Assembly: GCA_973851085.1 (NCBI GenBank)
Contig: OZ316775.1
Span: 21,576,001 to 21,640,000 of the forward strand
Length of the DNA: 64,000 nt
Direction: 5' to 3'
From: Ptychomitrium polyphyllum
Taxonomy: Eukaryota
The translations under genes were made by a program, and so were the position numbers. The notes below the pieces were generated by a model, which saw nothing but the letters and a program-made list of their open reading frames with translations, did no database searches and had not been told where the DNA came from. Below are positions 62,454-64,000 of this stretch, piece by piece; the stretch's first letter is position 1; each line of letters begins with the position of its first letter.

Positions 62454-64000
62454 TCACAGTAGAGACCATGCGATTGGACACCACAAGGAAACGACCATCA
62501 AATCAAGGTCTCTTACTACCTTCAAGCCCTACCTCTTGTTTTACATTTCTTATCAAAATTAAATTGTTAGATGATGAAATAATTAGTGAGGCTCTTTTAG
62601 ACCCTAATGCAACGGCATGTTTCATGGACAAGGATTTTGCAACCAAATATCACATGGTGCTTGTGAAGAAAAAATATCCCACACTTGTTGAAGTTATTGA
62701 TAGACAATCTCTTGCGTCTGGCAACGTTATTGAAGAAACTCAACTCTTGGAGGTTGTTTTAGGAGACCAGGCATCCAAGATTGTCTTCAACATCATTCAA
62801 TACCGAACAAATCCTATTGTTTTGGGCCTTCCCTGGTTTGAATTACATAATCCAGATATTGATTGGCGATCACGAAGTGTGGTCTCAAAGAAAAGACGTC
62901 AAAGTACAAGAAATCTTGGACCATCATTTATTGGAGCTAAGGCATTTATGAGAGCGGCAAAGGATGAACCAATTTATGCCATTAATGCCACGCCAATGTC
63001 CAGCTCTGTAATAGAGACTAACTGAAACATACCTCATCAATATCAAGATTATAAAGACGTTTTTGAAAAGAAGAATGCAGACATGTTATCAAAGCACTAG
63101 CCTTACGATTGTACCATTGAGTTGCAAGAAGGAGCCCAACCACCTTTTGGACCTATTTAAAACTTATCACAAACCGAGCTGACTGCCTTAAGAGAATATG
63201 TTGATGAAAACCTCACAAAGGGTTTCATTCAACATTCTAAATCACTTGTTGGAGCACCCATTCTATTTGTAAAGAAGAAAGTTGGATCATTATGTATGTG
63301 CATGGACTATTGAGGCCTCAATAAAGTAACAAAAAAGAATTGCTATCTATTACCATTAATCTCAAGACTCCTACAACAACTTGGCCAAGCAAAGATATTC
63401 ACCAAAATTGACCTCAGAGGAACCTACAATCTTGTACGCATCAAAGAAGGAAACGAATGGAAGACATCTTTTTGATCTAAGAATGGTCATTTTGAATACA
63501 ATGTCATGCCTTTTGGCCTTACTAATGCTCCCGCAGTCTTCCAACATATGATGAATGATATCTTCCATGAACATCTGGATGATTTTATAGTCATCTACTT
63601 AGATGACATTTTGATATATTCAAAGAATGAACAAGACCACGAATGTCATCTACAATTGGTCTTAGAAAAATTACGCCAGCAAGGATTATATGCCAAATTG
63701 GAGAAGTGCTTTTTCCATGAATCCTCGGTTGAATTTTTAGGCTATATCATTTCCAGAAGACGAATCTATATGGATAAAAAAAAAATAAGCATTGTCATGG
63801 AGTGGAGTACGCCAAGATCAATTTGCGATATTCAATGCTTCTTGGGATTTGCAAACTTCTATAGGATTTTCATTAAGGATTATTCCAAGATTGCGGCACC
63901 ATTAACACTTCTTACTGGGAAGCAAAAATTCATTTGGAATGAAGAGGCGGAAAAAACATTTCAAAGTCTTAAGAAGTCATTCACGTAGGTTCCAATCTTC
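62435..64000 (+). pseudogene. pol: Gypsy pol (aspartic protease and reverse transcriptase) with nonsense mutations
   Basis: One frame, -1 relative to gag: ALLDPNA (decayed DSGA site), [61 protein letters not shown]. In-frame stops at 63023, 63098, 63158, 63311 and 63986. Confidence 0.93.

Larger units (their letters stand above)
60183..64000 (+). mobile_element. Ty3/Gypsy LTR retrotransposon (chromovirus-like), defective, runs off the window end
   Basis: LTR-like block, gag with CX2CX4HX4C, protease, then RT in PR-RT order with the YLDD motif. Several premature stops. The lineage assignment is inference because the integrase/chromodomain lies outside the window. Confidence 0.95.

Overview
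Eukaryotic nuclear DNA with GT-AG introns, an intron-containing plant tRNA-Met and a thylakoid cyclophilin. It is a land plant, most likely a moss; this is inferred from gene style and from the Gypsy and Harbinger types and is not proven. Five apparently intact protein genes: AP-1 gamma-adaptin (18 exons, +), AUX1/LAX auxin influx carrier (8 exons, -), a single-exon F-box protein (+), HMG-CoA lyase (7 exons, -) and CYP38/TLP40 (7 exons, +). One elongator tRNA-Met lies between HMGL and CYP38. A decayed two-gene PIF/Harbinger element (Myb/SANT ORF and a convergent transposase fragment) sits just upstream of the adaptin gene. About 25 kb upstream of AUX1 is AT-rich and gene-free, with GC-balanced islands. 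The 43.8-49.5 kb region holds probable F-box relics and a head-to-head pair of diverged, independently frameshifted gene remnants of unknown family. The window ends inside a dead Ty3/Gypsy element. It has an inverted ~508-bp LTR copy joined to gag (a potential fold-back RNA source) and a readable candidate -1 ribosomal frameshift signal with a predicted pseudoknot. I found no convincing wholly new multi-gene system. All exon calls were made by eye.
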